A stretch of DNA of 64,000 nucleotides from Octopus sinensis (lineage: Eukaryota), in NCBI RefSeq assembly GCF_006345805.1, contig NC_042999.1, positions 32,488,001 to 32,552,000 on the forward strand, in the 5' to 3' direction. Positions 41,166-55,364 of this stretch are shown piece by piece. The first letter of the stretch is position 1; every line of letters starts with the position of its first letter. The notes below the pieces were generated by a model. That model ran no database searches and was not told where the DNA came from. It saw only the letters and a list, made by a program, of their open reading frames with translations. The translations under genes and the position numbers were made by a program.

Positions 41166-43417
41166 TATAATATATATGCATGCATGTATGTGTGTGTGTG
41201 TATTTATCCAAATCCAACAGCGACGAAAGAATGGGAACATGTGCGGGCTTTGGACCATCCTTGGACAATCTTTGGATCATCCTTGGTAACTTGGACGTCA
41301 ATGTTAAGCAATTTTATGCGACACCATCAAGCCATGAGAGTCCGTTTCAACTTCACTGGTATACTCGAAGAACCAATTTCCATCGATAACATAGTTAAAC
41401 AAAATGATATTCCTAAGCGACCTATTTTTGCATATATTTTGGTTTAACTGCTTCGTTTTGCTTCAGAATCATAGACAGAGTATTTGATATGACATGTTTC
41501 AAAACAGACTCGGATATTTTCCATAATATTGTTCATGATCTTTATTATGCTGAAAATACAGATCTCTTTGTTCAATGGAAATCTCCGTATTATGCGATGC
41601 TTTTAGGCTTACCATCAAAATGAAGAAGACTAAATCATGTTCTCCTTGTCTCCATGTCTGCCCTGTGTCGAACCTAACATCTTTATCAAATGTACACTCC
41701 TGAGTCCAGCTTGGCAGCGCTAGAAATGCTTCTTTCGTTTCCGAAATAATACAGATTTGGAAGCTTAAAAATTGCGTATGGCCTGAAAGAGAGACCTTAC
41801 TATCAAGACCAATCTCCTCAGTGTCTATAAATCGTGCATCTTATCGGGTCGTTTTACTCTTCTGAGCCTTGTAATATGCATGGTCGTCATATCAAATTCG
41901 TGGAAAGCTAGTATGAAGGTTGACTTAAGTGGATCATACATATTAAAAAAGCATTTTCTTACAAGGGATACTGTTGGTCACCAGTGAGACAACGTCTCCA
42001 ATATTAATCTGCTCCCTACATGCAATCATATGTGTCGGTTGTCTTAGGTAGGATAAAGGATTACAGGTTACATAAGTGGTTTTACGGAGATTAGCAGGGT
42101 GGCAAATGTCATTTATAGAGTCATAAACAGAATCTTTTGAGAGATGTCATAAATCATAAATCTCTTAACATTGATGCCGAAGAGCGAAAGTACATGTCGG
42201 AAACTTGATTCGTGAGGAAAGAAATGATCTACGATGGCTGTGAAGCAATTGAAATACTAAGAATCGAACATTCCATCTTGAAACGAGATTTACGTAAATG
42301 ATACTTCACCTCAATTACAGACATTTTTCAACCTGATTATATTTGTAACATCTTCAGTAGTGTCTGTTTGTCTGTAGCCGAACTAGAAAATCATGACAGC
42401 AAGGAAATAATAATTGATTGTTCACATGACCTTCCTGAGCAATATACAGGCATTTTCTGTCAATTCTGTGACAAGGTACACGTGTTAGCAGACGGAATGA
42501 AAAATCTCATAAGTGTACGCAAAAGCAAGATTAACAAGAACAGTCATTTGTTTGTCACATTCACAGGAAGACTTCGAAATTTGCAGCACGCCGGAAGAAG
42601 AGCTATATGCATGCGTACATGGGCTTTTCTAAGACTAAAGAGAGGTTCTTCCTTCTATTACAAAGAGCAAATACTAACTTCATACACACAAACACACACA
42701 CACACGCAACCTCTGTTTCTGAATTTGGTTTGCAAGATGCTTTATATGAATTTGTATGCTGAAGCAAATGTTGTTGTCTTGAGAGAATCATTTCGGCATT
42801 AATAACACACATATCGGTTCATTTCCGCTTTTTTAGTCAATTAGTCAATTGGATAAATATCAAATCCAACTGAGTAAATACTCGGTAAATTAAATAATCT
42901 AATAAACTAATACAATAAACTAAATAATCGATTATTTATTTAACTTGTTAGTTATATATAATCCATTAAAATATTTTTTTGTTCGTCATAGTTCTTTCGT
43001 TGCCATTCGCAAACTTTACAGTGACAGCGAACTCCACCTTGGTTTGAAGACTGCTATCGCCCGAACATCTCACGGAATACATATATGCATATATGTGTGT
43101 GTGTGTGCGCGCGCGCGTGTGTGCTTGCGTGTGTGCGCGCGTGTGCTTGCGTGTGCTTGCGTGCGTGTGTGTTATGTGTGTGTTCTGTGTATAGTGTGTA
43201 TTTTGTATTGGTTGTGTATTTGTGCATGTTTCTGTGTGTGCGTGCGTGTGTGTACGTGTGTGTGTGTTGTATGTGAGTTTCTATTTTGTGTGGGCAATGT
43301 GTGTGTTTGTATTTTGTGTAGGAAGTGTGTGTGTGTGTGTATGTGTGTGTGTATACCATTGAATATAATGTTCTGTATAATGTATGTGCATAACATTTAA
43401 CTGTTGGGATACATACA

Positions 43418-43839
43418 ATTTAGTTCTTTATTGCCCACAGTGGGGATGAACATAGGTGGGGGCAAACAAGGACAGACAAAGGAATTAAGTCGAATCCACC
43501 GACCACAGTGGGTAACTGGTAATTATTTAATCGAACCCGAAAGGATAAAAGGCAATGTGGACTCAGAATTTGAATTTGAACTCAGAACATAACACCTGAC
43601 GAAATACCTATTTTTTTAGTACCCACAAGGGGCTAAACACAGAGGGGACAAACAAGGACAGACATAGGTATTAAGTCGATTACATCGACCCCAGTGCGTA
43701 ACTGGTACTTAATTTATCGACCCCGAAAGGATGAAAGGAAAAGTCGACCTCGGCGGAATTTGAACTCAGAACGTAACACCTGACGAAATACCGCTAAGCA
43801 TTTCGCCTGTCGTGCTAACAATTCTGCCAGCTTGCCGCC
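43418..43839 (-). mobile_element. Tandem pair of SINE family A copies (partial older copy plus full copy)
   Basis: Two successive homologous units joined at ~43608. Confidence 0.88.
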
Positions 43840-44256
43840 CTCGGATACATACAATTACTAGAAGTAAAATACTATAAGTATGTTAGCTTCATAACCACAA
43901 CAAAACAACTTGGGACAATTTATGTATTCCAGTATTCGTACTACTTAGTTGTATGAACTAGCCTTCGATAATTTAATACATTTTTTCTGTAACATCACAT
44001 AACTCCAGTCGTGTTTTCACTATATATATGATTTTATATAATCACAAATTCTGTGCATTGTGTAATTGTTATCATAGGCAGAGATGTGGATATGTAATTA
44101 CCAATACAACTATTGAAATAATTCCAGATACTTGCAGATTTACATATAGTCATGAACTCCATTATACATTATTTCTCAGAGGAATGGTAGTGGATTTTAG
44201 AGCGGAAATACCTATCATATTTCCTTAGCCACACACGCACACTCACACATACACAG

Positions 44257-44297
<41 letters not shown>

Positions 44298-44320
44298 CAC
44301 ACACACACACACACACACAT

Positions 44321-44356
<36 letters not shown>

Positions 44357-44357
<1 letters not shown>

Positions 44358-44594
44358 CACATATGTAATTATTTATATATGTACATGCTTATACATACGT
44401 ACAATCACACACGCACGCACGAACACACACACGCACACACTGATATACATATATAGAAAGAGAAAGAGTGAAATAGAGAGAGAGCCATATATATGTATAT
44501 CAGAATAGCATGCGCATTTATGACTATATGGACAAACCTACATATTTATATATGTATATACGTATTTATGGTAACTACACGTAAAATCGAACAT

Positions 44595-44632
<38 letters not shown>

Positions 44633-44875
44633 TATACACATATGTAATTATTTATATATGTACATGCTTATACATACGTACAATCACACACGCACGCACG
44701 AACACACACACGCACACACTGATATACATATATAGAAAGAGAAAGAGTGAAATAGAGAGAGAGCCATATATATGTATATCAGAATAGCATGCGCATTTAT
44801 GACTATATGGACAAACCTACATATTTATATATGTATATACGTATTTATGGTAACTACACGTAAAATCGAACATTG

Positions 44876-44880
<5 letters not shown>
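44357..44880. repeat. Identical tandem duplication, 279-bp period, bounded by (TA)n
   Basis: acacatatgtaatt...cgaacattgata starts at 44357 and 44636 with no visible differences in the non-TA part. Confidence 0.93.
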
Positions 44881-44926
<46 letters not shown>

Positions 44927-45941
44927 ATTAGGGTTCAGCAACGATTTTTTTACTGCTATTTCTAAACTTCGGTATGTGGTGAAGCAAATCGTTCCTGAAC
45001 CCTAATTATATAGTATTACTTAAACTTACCATGAATGGTCCTTTTCATGCCGAATTCTACTTGGTGAAATTACTGATTACTTCTTAATTAATTAATTTCA
45101 CCCTTTGTTATTATATATATATATATAACTATAAAAAAGAGTTGTATGTGTGTATGTGCGTACTTCCCTTGTGCATTCCAAACCGAGACGTCGATTTTGG
45201 CGCAAGGGATAACAAAAGATTCAGTAAGCTTTTGGCTACCATATAATCTACATTTTCATTACATATTTGAATTACAAAAAAATTAATATTAGTTTTTTTT
45301 AGTTATTTATCGTAAACGACAATTTATATCACCGCTACACTGACGGTGAAGTCACATTTTCTATATGAGTGTGTTCGCACGTTCGTTACCCACGTTAGGT
45401 CGATGATTAACAATTATATATGTGTGACGGTGTATGTGTCAGTCAGTATAAATACATTTTCTCATCAGGGAAAGAAAAAAGAAACCAAACACAACAATAA
45501 AACATTTAAACAGAATGTGTTGAATGTGTATAGTGATGGACGGAACGCTATGAAGTTTTTTTTAAAAAAAGAAAACTAGAAAATATATCACCAAAGGTAG
45601 CCTCTAGAAAGAGGAGGGGTAAAAGAAAGAAATAAGCAAAATACTAATAAACGAGAAATATAGAGCGGTATGTGAATAAAAATAAAAGATTAAAGACTTG
45701 GAAATAGATATATCTATTGGAAGTGAAATGTAAGATGAAAATCAATCTTCAAATTATATAGAATGGTAGATATCAATTATATGAAATAACAGTATGTTTC
45801 TGCCAATTTTTACATCGATAAGTACGCTCTATAAACGTGTTTACAAGGCGATTCCTATAATCTCCTTGTAAACACGTTTATATACATACACGTATGTATG
45901 TATATAAATTGACAGAATGAGATTTTTAAAAATCCAAAGTG

Positions 45942-46260
45942 GTCTTACAGCTGTTTCCGGGATATTTTATATATCCCTTCATCAAAAACGGTGCGAGAAA
46001 ATGTTTAAAAGTAATAGTTATTATAAAGATATGAAATACAGAGTGAAGTGGAAGAATGAAAACAGACGTGAGATACGTAAGGATACTCTATCTGCAGTTT
46101 CATAATTTAAGCAGAATGGTGTATATATGTTTCCTGTATCTTTGTGTGTGAGTTCCAGTGATGTTTATAGTTGGTCATTCCAAGCATAGAGTCCTGTAAG
46201 CGGTGTTATTTGATCGAGCGTTTCTTTTAAGTGACTTAAAAGTCGGGAATGCGTTTGTGG
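45942..46260 (-). mobile_element. PLE 3' relic with decayed hammerhead (same family as 11113-11470)
   Basis: Minus: UUGAUGA agggauau..auaucccg GAAA CAGCUG UA AGAC (C3 lost). Upstream frame YRTLCLE*. Confidence 0.65.
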
Positions 46261-47290
46261 GATCAAATCAAAAATAGGAAGAGAAAAAAAGAGGGAGAGT
46301 GACAATAAACAAGTGAAGAAAGAGAAGGTGTGTTAGCTAGTGGTTAGGATAAAATGACAGAAGGAAGAGAGAGATAAGGGAATGAGAGAGGATGAGATGA
46401 GAGGATATAGAGATGAGAGGGTAAAGAGTAAAAGAGTGTGAGGTATGTTAGCAGGGGTGTTTTGACAGAGCTTAAGAGATTGGCATAGAAAGTGTAGAGA
46501 GAAGGTAAGAGTAGTAAGATTTAGGTGGAATGAAGAATTAAGAATATAAGACAAGCTGCTTAAATGAACAGGTTCGCGGTGAGTAGTAGAAGAAATAAAG
46601 AATTTATATTTGTGAAGATGTATACATACATACGTATCCACACATGCATATAGGCATTTACATACATCAACACACATATTTGCATATAAACTCTTATTTT
46701 ACGCGCATTTACGCATATACACACTTATATGTATCTATATTTGTATTTAAAAATTCTTGCATACATAAATGCATGCGTGGAGATTCACACACTCGCATAA
46801 ACGTATGCAAGTGTGTGCATCTACACACGCACACACGCACAGACACACACAGAGGCAGGTATTCGTACAATATATATCTACAGATAGTCATATACAAATC
46901 TGTATATATATATATAAAATATATATACTTATAATAATGTATATTCACATGTAACAGCTTGTATGTTCGTATATGCATGCATACAACCGTATATACACAA
47001 GCTCATGCATACGTGTATCTATATGTACATACACCATGCATACATACATATATAAATACATACATACATACATAATACATACATACATACGTACGTACGT
47101 TCGTACATGTATATACATATAGATATATACTTATATAATTAAATGTTTGTGATCCTCAAGTATGAAAGGGGTATTAGATAAGGATTAGAAGTTAAAATAT
47201 AGATTTATAAGGTTATTAGGGATTACCTAAGGGGTATTGTGGAAATACCCCTGTGTGGTTATTGACGCATTTGGATTAGTGGTAGTAATT

Positions 47291-47412
47291 GAATATATGT
47301 AAAAAGCGGTGGTTTCATGAACTTAGGGCCTCATTATGTTTCTTTAGCAGTGTTGAAGTGATGTGGTACAATTTGTGAAGTGCCTCTTTCAGGCAAAGCT
47401 TGCAGTTTGAGC
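47291..47412 (-). mobile_element. PLE endonuclease C-terminal relic
   Basis: Minus frame [39 protein letters not shown] fits the CxLCLxE...LLN..NE...C.H terminus of PLE ORFs. Confidence 0.7.
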
Positions 47413-47417
47413 TTATA

Positions 47418-47474
<57 letters not shown>

Positions 47475-47555
47475 TTATGTGTGTATGTATATATATATGT
47501 GTGGTGTGTGTGTATGTATGTGTGTGAATATATACTTATATATATATATATATAT

Positions 47556-47603
<48 letters not shown>

Positions 47604-48374
47604 AAGAGTTAGATAGATAGACAAATGGAAAGATTGATATATAGATAGACAGAAGTATACACTTTCTGTCTTTCTCTCTCTTTCCCTCTCTTTCTCTCTC
47701 TATCTATCTATCTCTCACACATATACAAACACAAACGTTTCAGGTGCGTTTCAAGAGAGGGAGAAGAAAAAAAATGAGAAATACTGTTTTTACATTGATA
47801 GATAGATATAAATAAAATTATATGTCTAGCTGTTATATAATGTGTATTCATATATTTCGGAACACGTTTAGACTATTAATGTATAATATTAGTATTCATT
47901 GTATTTAATATATGCATTGATGCAAAGGAAGGGAAAAACTACATGTGAATTTATTCCATTCACGTTCCATTCATCTGAATGTTGAGGTCATGATATGGAG
48001 GTGTTCCACGTGACATAAATATATGATGACGACAATTGGCCGTTCGATTTAGTTATAGAGCTGTTGGAGTAAATAATATAAGAGTAGGTGGCGAGGGTGT
48101 AATGGAAATAGTACTGGAATAATAAGGAAAAAGAATGAAGGCAATCCGAAAGAAGAAAAAAAAGAGCATCTACGAAAGATAAATAACTGAAAGAAAAGTA
48201 AATGTAACAATCGGATGAAGGAAATAAAGAAGAGGCTGAAAGAAGCTGGTGAAGAATATGACACAATTTGACATCAGAATGAAACGAAGATAGCTTGATT
48301 AGCATAGCTGAAATTTACTTTGATTCTACGAATGCTAATGATTCTAGAAAACAGCAGACACTCACGTCATGAGA

Positions 48375-48445
<71 letters not shown>

Positions 48446-48658
48446 ACGCATATAGCGTTTTCAAGGTTTCTCGAGGTACGCAAAATACTTTTTTTATTTT
48501 ATTTTAGTGAGCTACTCTGTTTCTTGGCGTTTTCTCATGTGTATTCGGTATGCATAAGTGTACGTACACACTCAAAAGCATCTTTATGAATAGATATGTA
48601 TATGTATATAGGTAAGCTTTTGGTATATACATGTGGGTGCGCGTGTGTATGTTTCTTG

Positions 48659-48743
<85 letters not shown>

Positions 48744-49014
48744 TAGAAAAAAAAACACATTTTATCAATTCAAAATGAATAATTACAATTACACCATCTA
48801 GAAAATTACATATAACAGAAAAGTAAAATTAAAATAACAACAAAAAAATAACAAAATTATTCATCTTGAATTGATAAAAGGTGGGGTCTATTTTCTAATA
48901 TTTTATATATATATTATATTGTGTGGAATTTTATTTAGTTTCTAAATTGAATGATTTTTTTTCCTGTAAGGTTGGATTTTATTCCCTCAAATAATATAAT
49001 TATATATATATAAT

Positions 49015-49067
<53 letters not shown>

Positions 49068-49545
49068 CCTCGTGTGAATGTGTCTATGTGCATGTATGTA
49101 AGTGTGTATGTCAATGGTTTAACTCGTGCTATATACATATACATTTGGTTTTGAATATCTGCATGTCATTATATGGAACTTTGTGTGAGTACAGTAAGAG
49201 ATTCTCCAGAAAAGAGATAATGAAGTCAATAGAGATTCGGAAACTAATAGATATTTTGAGATAGATTCATAAAATATGATTTCTTGTAACGGATATAAGC
49301 ATTCGTGCTTGTATGTCGTGTTACTGGAGATGTCGGTCCATGTAATAGATGCTCTCTTCTGGATACGTCAAATTTTATTGTAGTTAAATAAATTACGTTG
49401 GTGCAAATACTTCTCAGGTGTCACTGTACGGAGTAAAGAGAATGAAATGACGAACTTGTATAAGTATATACACACACACACACATATATATATGTATATA
49501 TATTATATATATATATATATATTATTTATTTATTTATTTATTTAT

Positions 49546-49607
<62 letters not shown>

Positions 49608-49723
49608 GAAAGGAGTGAAAAAACTACAGAAGGCTTGTTTTATAAAACAAGCCTTCTGTAGTTTTTTCACTCTTTTCTATTTTTTATACATCCACCACGT
49701 GCTTTCACACATCAGCTTTCTCA

Positions 49724-49763
<40 letters not shown>

Positions 49764-49789
49764 TACATACTCACACACACACACACAGA

Positions 49790-50305
49790 CGAGAATAAAC
49801 TAGGAAGTTCATAGGCTGCCTATGAATATGTGATGCTAGATTTGTCAAGTCTTGCATACATTAGTTTCAAATGCATTTGTTTTTCAACTCAACTGACATC
49901 TAACAGCCCAAAGAAGATTTCACAATGAACTTGTAGAAATTTTGCTGAATATAGACAAAATTTGACATCGTTGGTCTATGAACTAACTGCAGGAAAACTG
50001 TTTAGTCCCAATGACGATCCAGTTTTATCAACAGATTAAAAGTGGGCAGCTGAATTTAGGAGGTGGAAGAAGATCCCTAGAGATGACCCTATTTTTGGTC
50101 GTCCTGCAGCTGTCACCACCAAGGTAAATATGGATCGTATTCCCCACATGGTGATAGATGATAGGCGATTGACTATAAATCAAATAATCAATGCAATTAG
50201 AGTTGAGAATATTCTGCACAATGAACTTAGCACTACGACGGTTTCTATCCAAGGGGTGTCTCGTCTTCTGACACCTGATTAAAGCAGTACCAGCTGATCA
50301 CATTG
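49790..50305 (+). mobile_element. Mariner-like transposon fragment
   Basis: Homologous to 29715-30140; includes GVSRLLTPD (decayed WVPRLL motif) near 50255-50280. Confidence 0.78.
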
Positions 50306-50637
50306 GACATTGAGAAGCAGTCATTATAATAACGGCATTTTGATACCCTGCGCTAAACATCATGACTCTTATAATTCTTTTTCCCTATTCTGATATCCTT
50401 TGAATCCTGTAATTCAGCAAAAGTTTTCCGACTACAAATTTAATTGTTATGGTCCCCAACGCTGTTAGCTGTTTATCAATGTATGATTCGGTTCTTGAAG
50501 AAAGGAGACATAAAATATCATCAAGTTTAGCCCGAACGTCTTATATATATATATATATATGTATGGTTGTATGATTGTATGTATATGTATATATGCATAC
50601 ACACACACATACACACAGATATATATATATATATATA

Positions 50638-50690
<53 letters not shown>

Positions 50691-52502
50691 CCATTAAACA
50701 CAAATTGTGGAGAGTTATGTTTTGAGTAACTTTATTCTGTTACGAAAATACGAAAATTTCTTAACGATTTAGGAATAGTTTTCGTGCTATGCAATTTATC
50801 GTATTCATAATCATTAATCAATTAATCATTTAATTACAGGAATATTTATCTTAGTAACTTATAGTTATTGATGTAAATCTTCAAATTCTGCTACAGACTT
50901 ATGGAAGAAGGATTGTAGAGAATTGCGTATCAAATAGATTTGTTTAAATTATTATACATTTCCAAAATTCGCAATCTCAGGACACATTATATAATCAAAT
51001 GTTGCACCATATTAACCTGTCGGAACTTCGCTCAGTGACGATTATTAATATCTAAGAAATATGTAGGGTGGTATTTAAGGTGACTAGAAGTAGTTGAAAC
51101 GGAGGATAGTTGTTTAGTAACTCTATGTAAATTTTATCATTTTATTATCTGCTTTGATATTCCGTTGAAGAAATATCAAGTATTCTACGGTTTAAGTGAA
51201 TTCAATAAAATAAATTGTGTAAAAATTAATTGAAATATAGGTGATATGCAACAGACAAAGGAAAGATTAAATATTAAATATTAGTAAATGTGTATATGGT
51301 ATATCTCAGAATAGATGATTTAAGAAGGAGGAGGGGTGAGAATCACTAAAGAGATGATCTACCATCAGTTTATTTGATACCGATGTAAGCTGATTATGTG
51401 GGATTTAGTGTGAACATTTTCAGAATGTCCTGTTAAATAAGTGAGAAGAACGAATTAATAACTCATTACATTTGTTAATAGCTTGGATGCACAAATGAGT
51501 ATCGTAACCACTTCTGCCATACACAAATTACATCTTGCACTATATCCTCTGTAAACAAGGGTTTTACCTATCATGTACTCTTTGTCATCCTTGAAGAACT
51601 TCGTCAACGAAGTGCACTTTTAGCTTATTTTGTATTTAAAAGAGTGAATATTGTTATATAGTCAAACATTTAAAGACAAAGCTGAACAGCTTATTTAATA
51701 ATAGAAACTCTCAGGTATTTTTATCAAGCAATTACGTATTATATTCTTCTTTTGACTATCCAGGGATTCATTTGCAAGTCTCCAACATATATACTTTCCA
51801 ATATTCATAAGATACCTTATTTATTTAATTAGTGTTATTGCTACAACTCAGAAGAGACACTAAAATGCCATCATTCCCGTTGTTTGCATCTCAAACATGC
51901 GTATCTAAATGTAAATGTAGATTACTTTATAACCCATGAGTATAGGCGCGTTCGTTTATTCTTTCTGAACATGTTCGGTTTCCTAATGTTAATAGCCGAT
52001 ATGTTAGGTATAGTAAAATATGTCTATTGAATATTTTGCAATATCCGCAAGATGGTGGGATATGTCTGTATAACGTCTTATGTTTCCTGTGAAGAATTCA
52101 AACATAACAATATGCTACGTAATATTTTTATTACGAGCTATGTTCCACTTAAACTTTTGATCATAACTAATATTTGTATAGGTATTTCAATGTATATCAC
52201 TTGCTACATGCTTGCATGAAATTTTGCGAATATTAGTGCAATTAAATTAAATTCTATATAGTTAGATCGAATCCAGTGAACTCAATCTTAAAATTATCGA
52301 AATATTTTTCTGGACACTGACAAGAGGCAGTATAGTTACTGGACATTATTTTCTTTTTCATTCGACGGTAATCTGTATTTCTCGCTATATGGAGAGATTT
52401 TAACTTATTTTCCTACCACCATTCATGTTATGAGCAATTCTCTTTCTTTCACGATTATTATAGTAATGTGTATACCTTGCTTTTATAAATTCTATACACC
52501 GA

Positions 52503-52800
52503 CTAGTATATTCTACTTTTCATAGATCTTTCACAGTACTTGCCTCGGAAAATTTCCTCCGTATCTAAAAACTTTGGTACTGAAGATGGCATAATATTAA
52601 CTATTGAAATAAAGAGGGTTCTTTGACGATTAGCTTTTCGATTGCCCAACAGTGAGTTTTCATTGGGTTTATGGTACAGATGATATATTCTAGTACCAAG
52701 ATCTAACGTCACATCCAGGAAATTCACAAATTTCATTGTGACTGTAAGGAGCTACATATTACTACGTTTTTTCTTATTTCTCTCTAATACTATATAATCA
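52503..52800 (-). mobile_element. PLE reverse transcriptase thumb-region relic
   Basis: VNFLDVTLDLGTRIYHLYHKPNE...EEIF matches the PLE NFLDVTL.L....Y.PY.KPN motif. Confidence 0.75.
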
Positions 52801-53231
52801 TTATTATTAAAGATAGGGAAAAGAGTGTCAAACCTATAGAGTTAACTATTCTTGATACATACGTATTGGTGCAAACTGTACAGACAAATCTGGTATTGAT
52901 AGCACACATGCATTCTTGCGCATATAATTGAGATAATAGTTTAGTATTTCCTATGAATACAGAAAGTGCTTATGAAAAGAATAATGTCTTTAACGACTAT
53001 ATGTATAATGTAATATGTAACTCTAAGAAACATTACATTTTCCCTCGGGGCAACCACTGCCTTTTTTTTCGTTCTCTCCATTATTTTCTCTCAATCTTTT
53101 CTAGTCACGAGCGTAGACTCGAAACGTCAGAGACTTTTCCATTCTTCCCGAGCATTAAACTAATACACCTTTTTGTTGTTCCTTCACCTGTTTTCGCTTT
53201 TTGTTATACACAAATATACACACACACACAC

Positions 53232-53278
<47 letters not shown>

Positions 53279-53301
53279 ATATATATATATATATATTTGT
53301 G

Positions 53302-53336
<35 letters not shown>

Positions 53337-53413
53337 CGTGTATATATATATATTCATGTATATATATATATATATATAATATATATATATATATATGTTT
53401 GTATATATATATT

Positions 53414-53480
<67 letters not shown>

Positions 53481-53807
53481 ATATATATATATTATATATA
53501 TATATTTGTATATATACATATAGAGTCACACATACATACATTGATGCATATGCACGTACATGATTACATATATTTAATGTTTCACGTAATGTATTAGCTT
53601 TTTATTGTCTTATTCTCCATAAGATAAGAAATACGAAGCAGAATGAAATTCAATGTTTCGCTTTGATATGCAAAACACAAAAGAACTTTTACAGCTCTGC
53701 GAGCATTACTCTTTCAATGATGATTATAATAAGAAGAACTATAAAAGTAATAATAGTAACAGCATTAATAAAAACAATCATATATCAGCATCATCATTAT
53801 TATGAGG

Positions 53808-53932
<125 letters not shown>

Positions 53933-54726
53933 ATAATGTCTGTTAGGAAGCTAGATTTGCAAGCGAAGATCACCGATGGAAACCAATTTAGAGAGGAAAT
54001 AATACCTAAAATGAGATGCAAGTAATACAACAAAGATTAATACAAGATAAGCCATTTGCAGACATAGGAATTAGATCATTAATAGTTATGCGCTAAATAG
54101 CAGGTCATATGATTGTGAGAAGTAATGATGAATATAATCATAGTGTTTTTCATTAGATTAGTCCATCATAGGAAGACATCTGGCAATTATTAAATAGCGA
54201 GTCTTTTGATTTGCTGTCAGAAAGTTGAACATGTTATTCTTCAAAAGAATTTGCCAAGTTCAACGTAAATAGAGCTGGATTCTAAAAACAACATCAGCGA
54301 CGAATGAAAGAATAAAACATCAAATGGTTGAATTAAAATAATAAGACAACATCAATAGAATGTAAATTCAATTCCAAATATCAGTAAAAAGCTAAATTGA
54401 GTAATATAGATAGACACACACACACATATACACACAAATACGCACAATACATAATACATACACATATATACGTGCATATATGCATATACGTATCATTTAT
54501 ATATATATGTGTATATATATATATATATATGAGTGTGTGTATGTACATGTATATATATACATATATATATATATATACATATGTATACATATATATATAC
54601 ATATATATATATAATACATATATATATACATATGTATACATATATATATATACATATATATATATACATATATATATTACATATATATATACATATATAC
54701 ATATATATATATATATAGATATATGT

Positions 54727-54757
<31 letters not shown>

Positions 54758-54916
54758 TATATATATTATACATATGTATACATATATATACATATATATA
54801 TATATATACATATATATACATATGTATACATATATATATATACATAATATATATACATATATATATATACATATATATATACATATATACATATATATAT
54901 ATATATAGATATATGT

Positions 54917-54947
<31 letters not shown>

Positions 54948-55053
54948 TATATATTATATATATATATATGTGCATATATATATATATATGTGTGTGTGTG
55001 TGCGTGCGTGTATGTATGTTTGTATGTATGTATATATATATACAGATATATAT

Positions 55054-55100
<47 letters not shown>

Positions 55101-55364
55101 ACATATACATGTATATATATGTGCGTGTGCGTGCGTGTATGTATGTTTGTATGGATGCATGTATGTATGTATGTATTGACTTCTAGTTGTTACCGAATAT
55201 AAATTATTCAAAAATTGTAAGAGACGGTGTCGAGCTTTGTGTGATATATTTATTAAAAAATGAAAGTACGAATTATATTAATTTTACCCTTTATGTTATC
55301 TATGACATTTTTAAAAGCCAACAAAACGAATTGCAAAATACACTTTCAGCAATATTTCAGACAT

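Noticed and set aside
41230-41830. Possible DIRS-type tyrosine recombinase relic on the minus strand (TKEAFLALPS, TCHIKYSVY)
   Set aside because: Only vague resemblance across many stops and frameshifts; needs a frameshift-aware HMM search.
47988-48305. Possible PLE RT relic (FQLFIFRRCS)
   Set aside because: Low-complexity CT-rich sequence with a single weak motif.
55187-55364. N-terminal 60 aa of the 358-aa ORF
   Set aside because: AT-rich flanking DNA that is fortuitously in frame with the truncated LINE; not part of ORF2.
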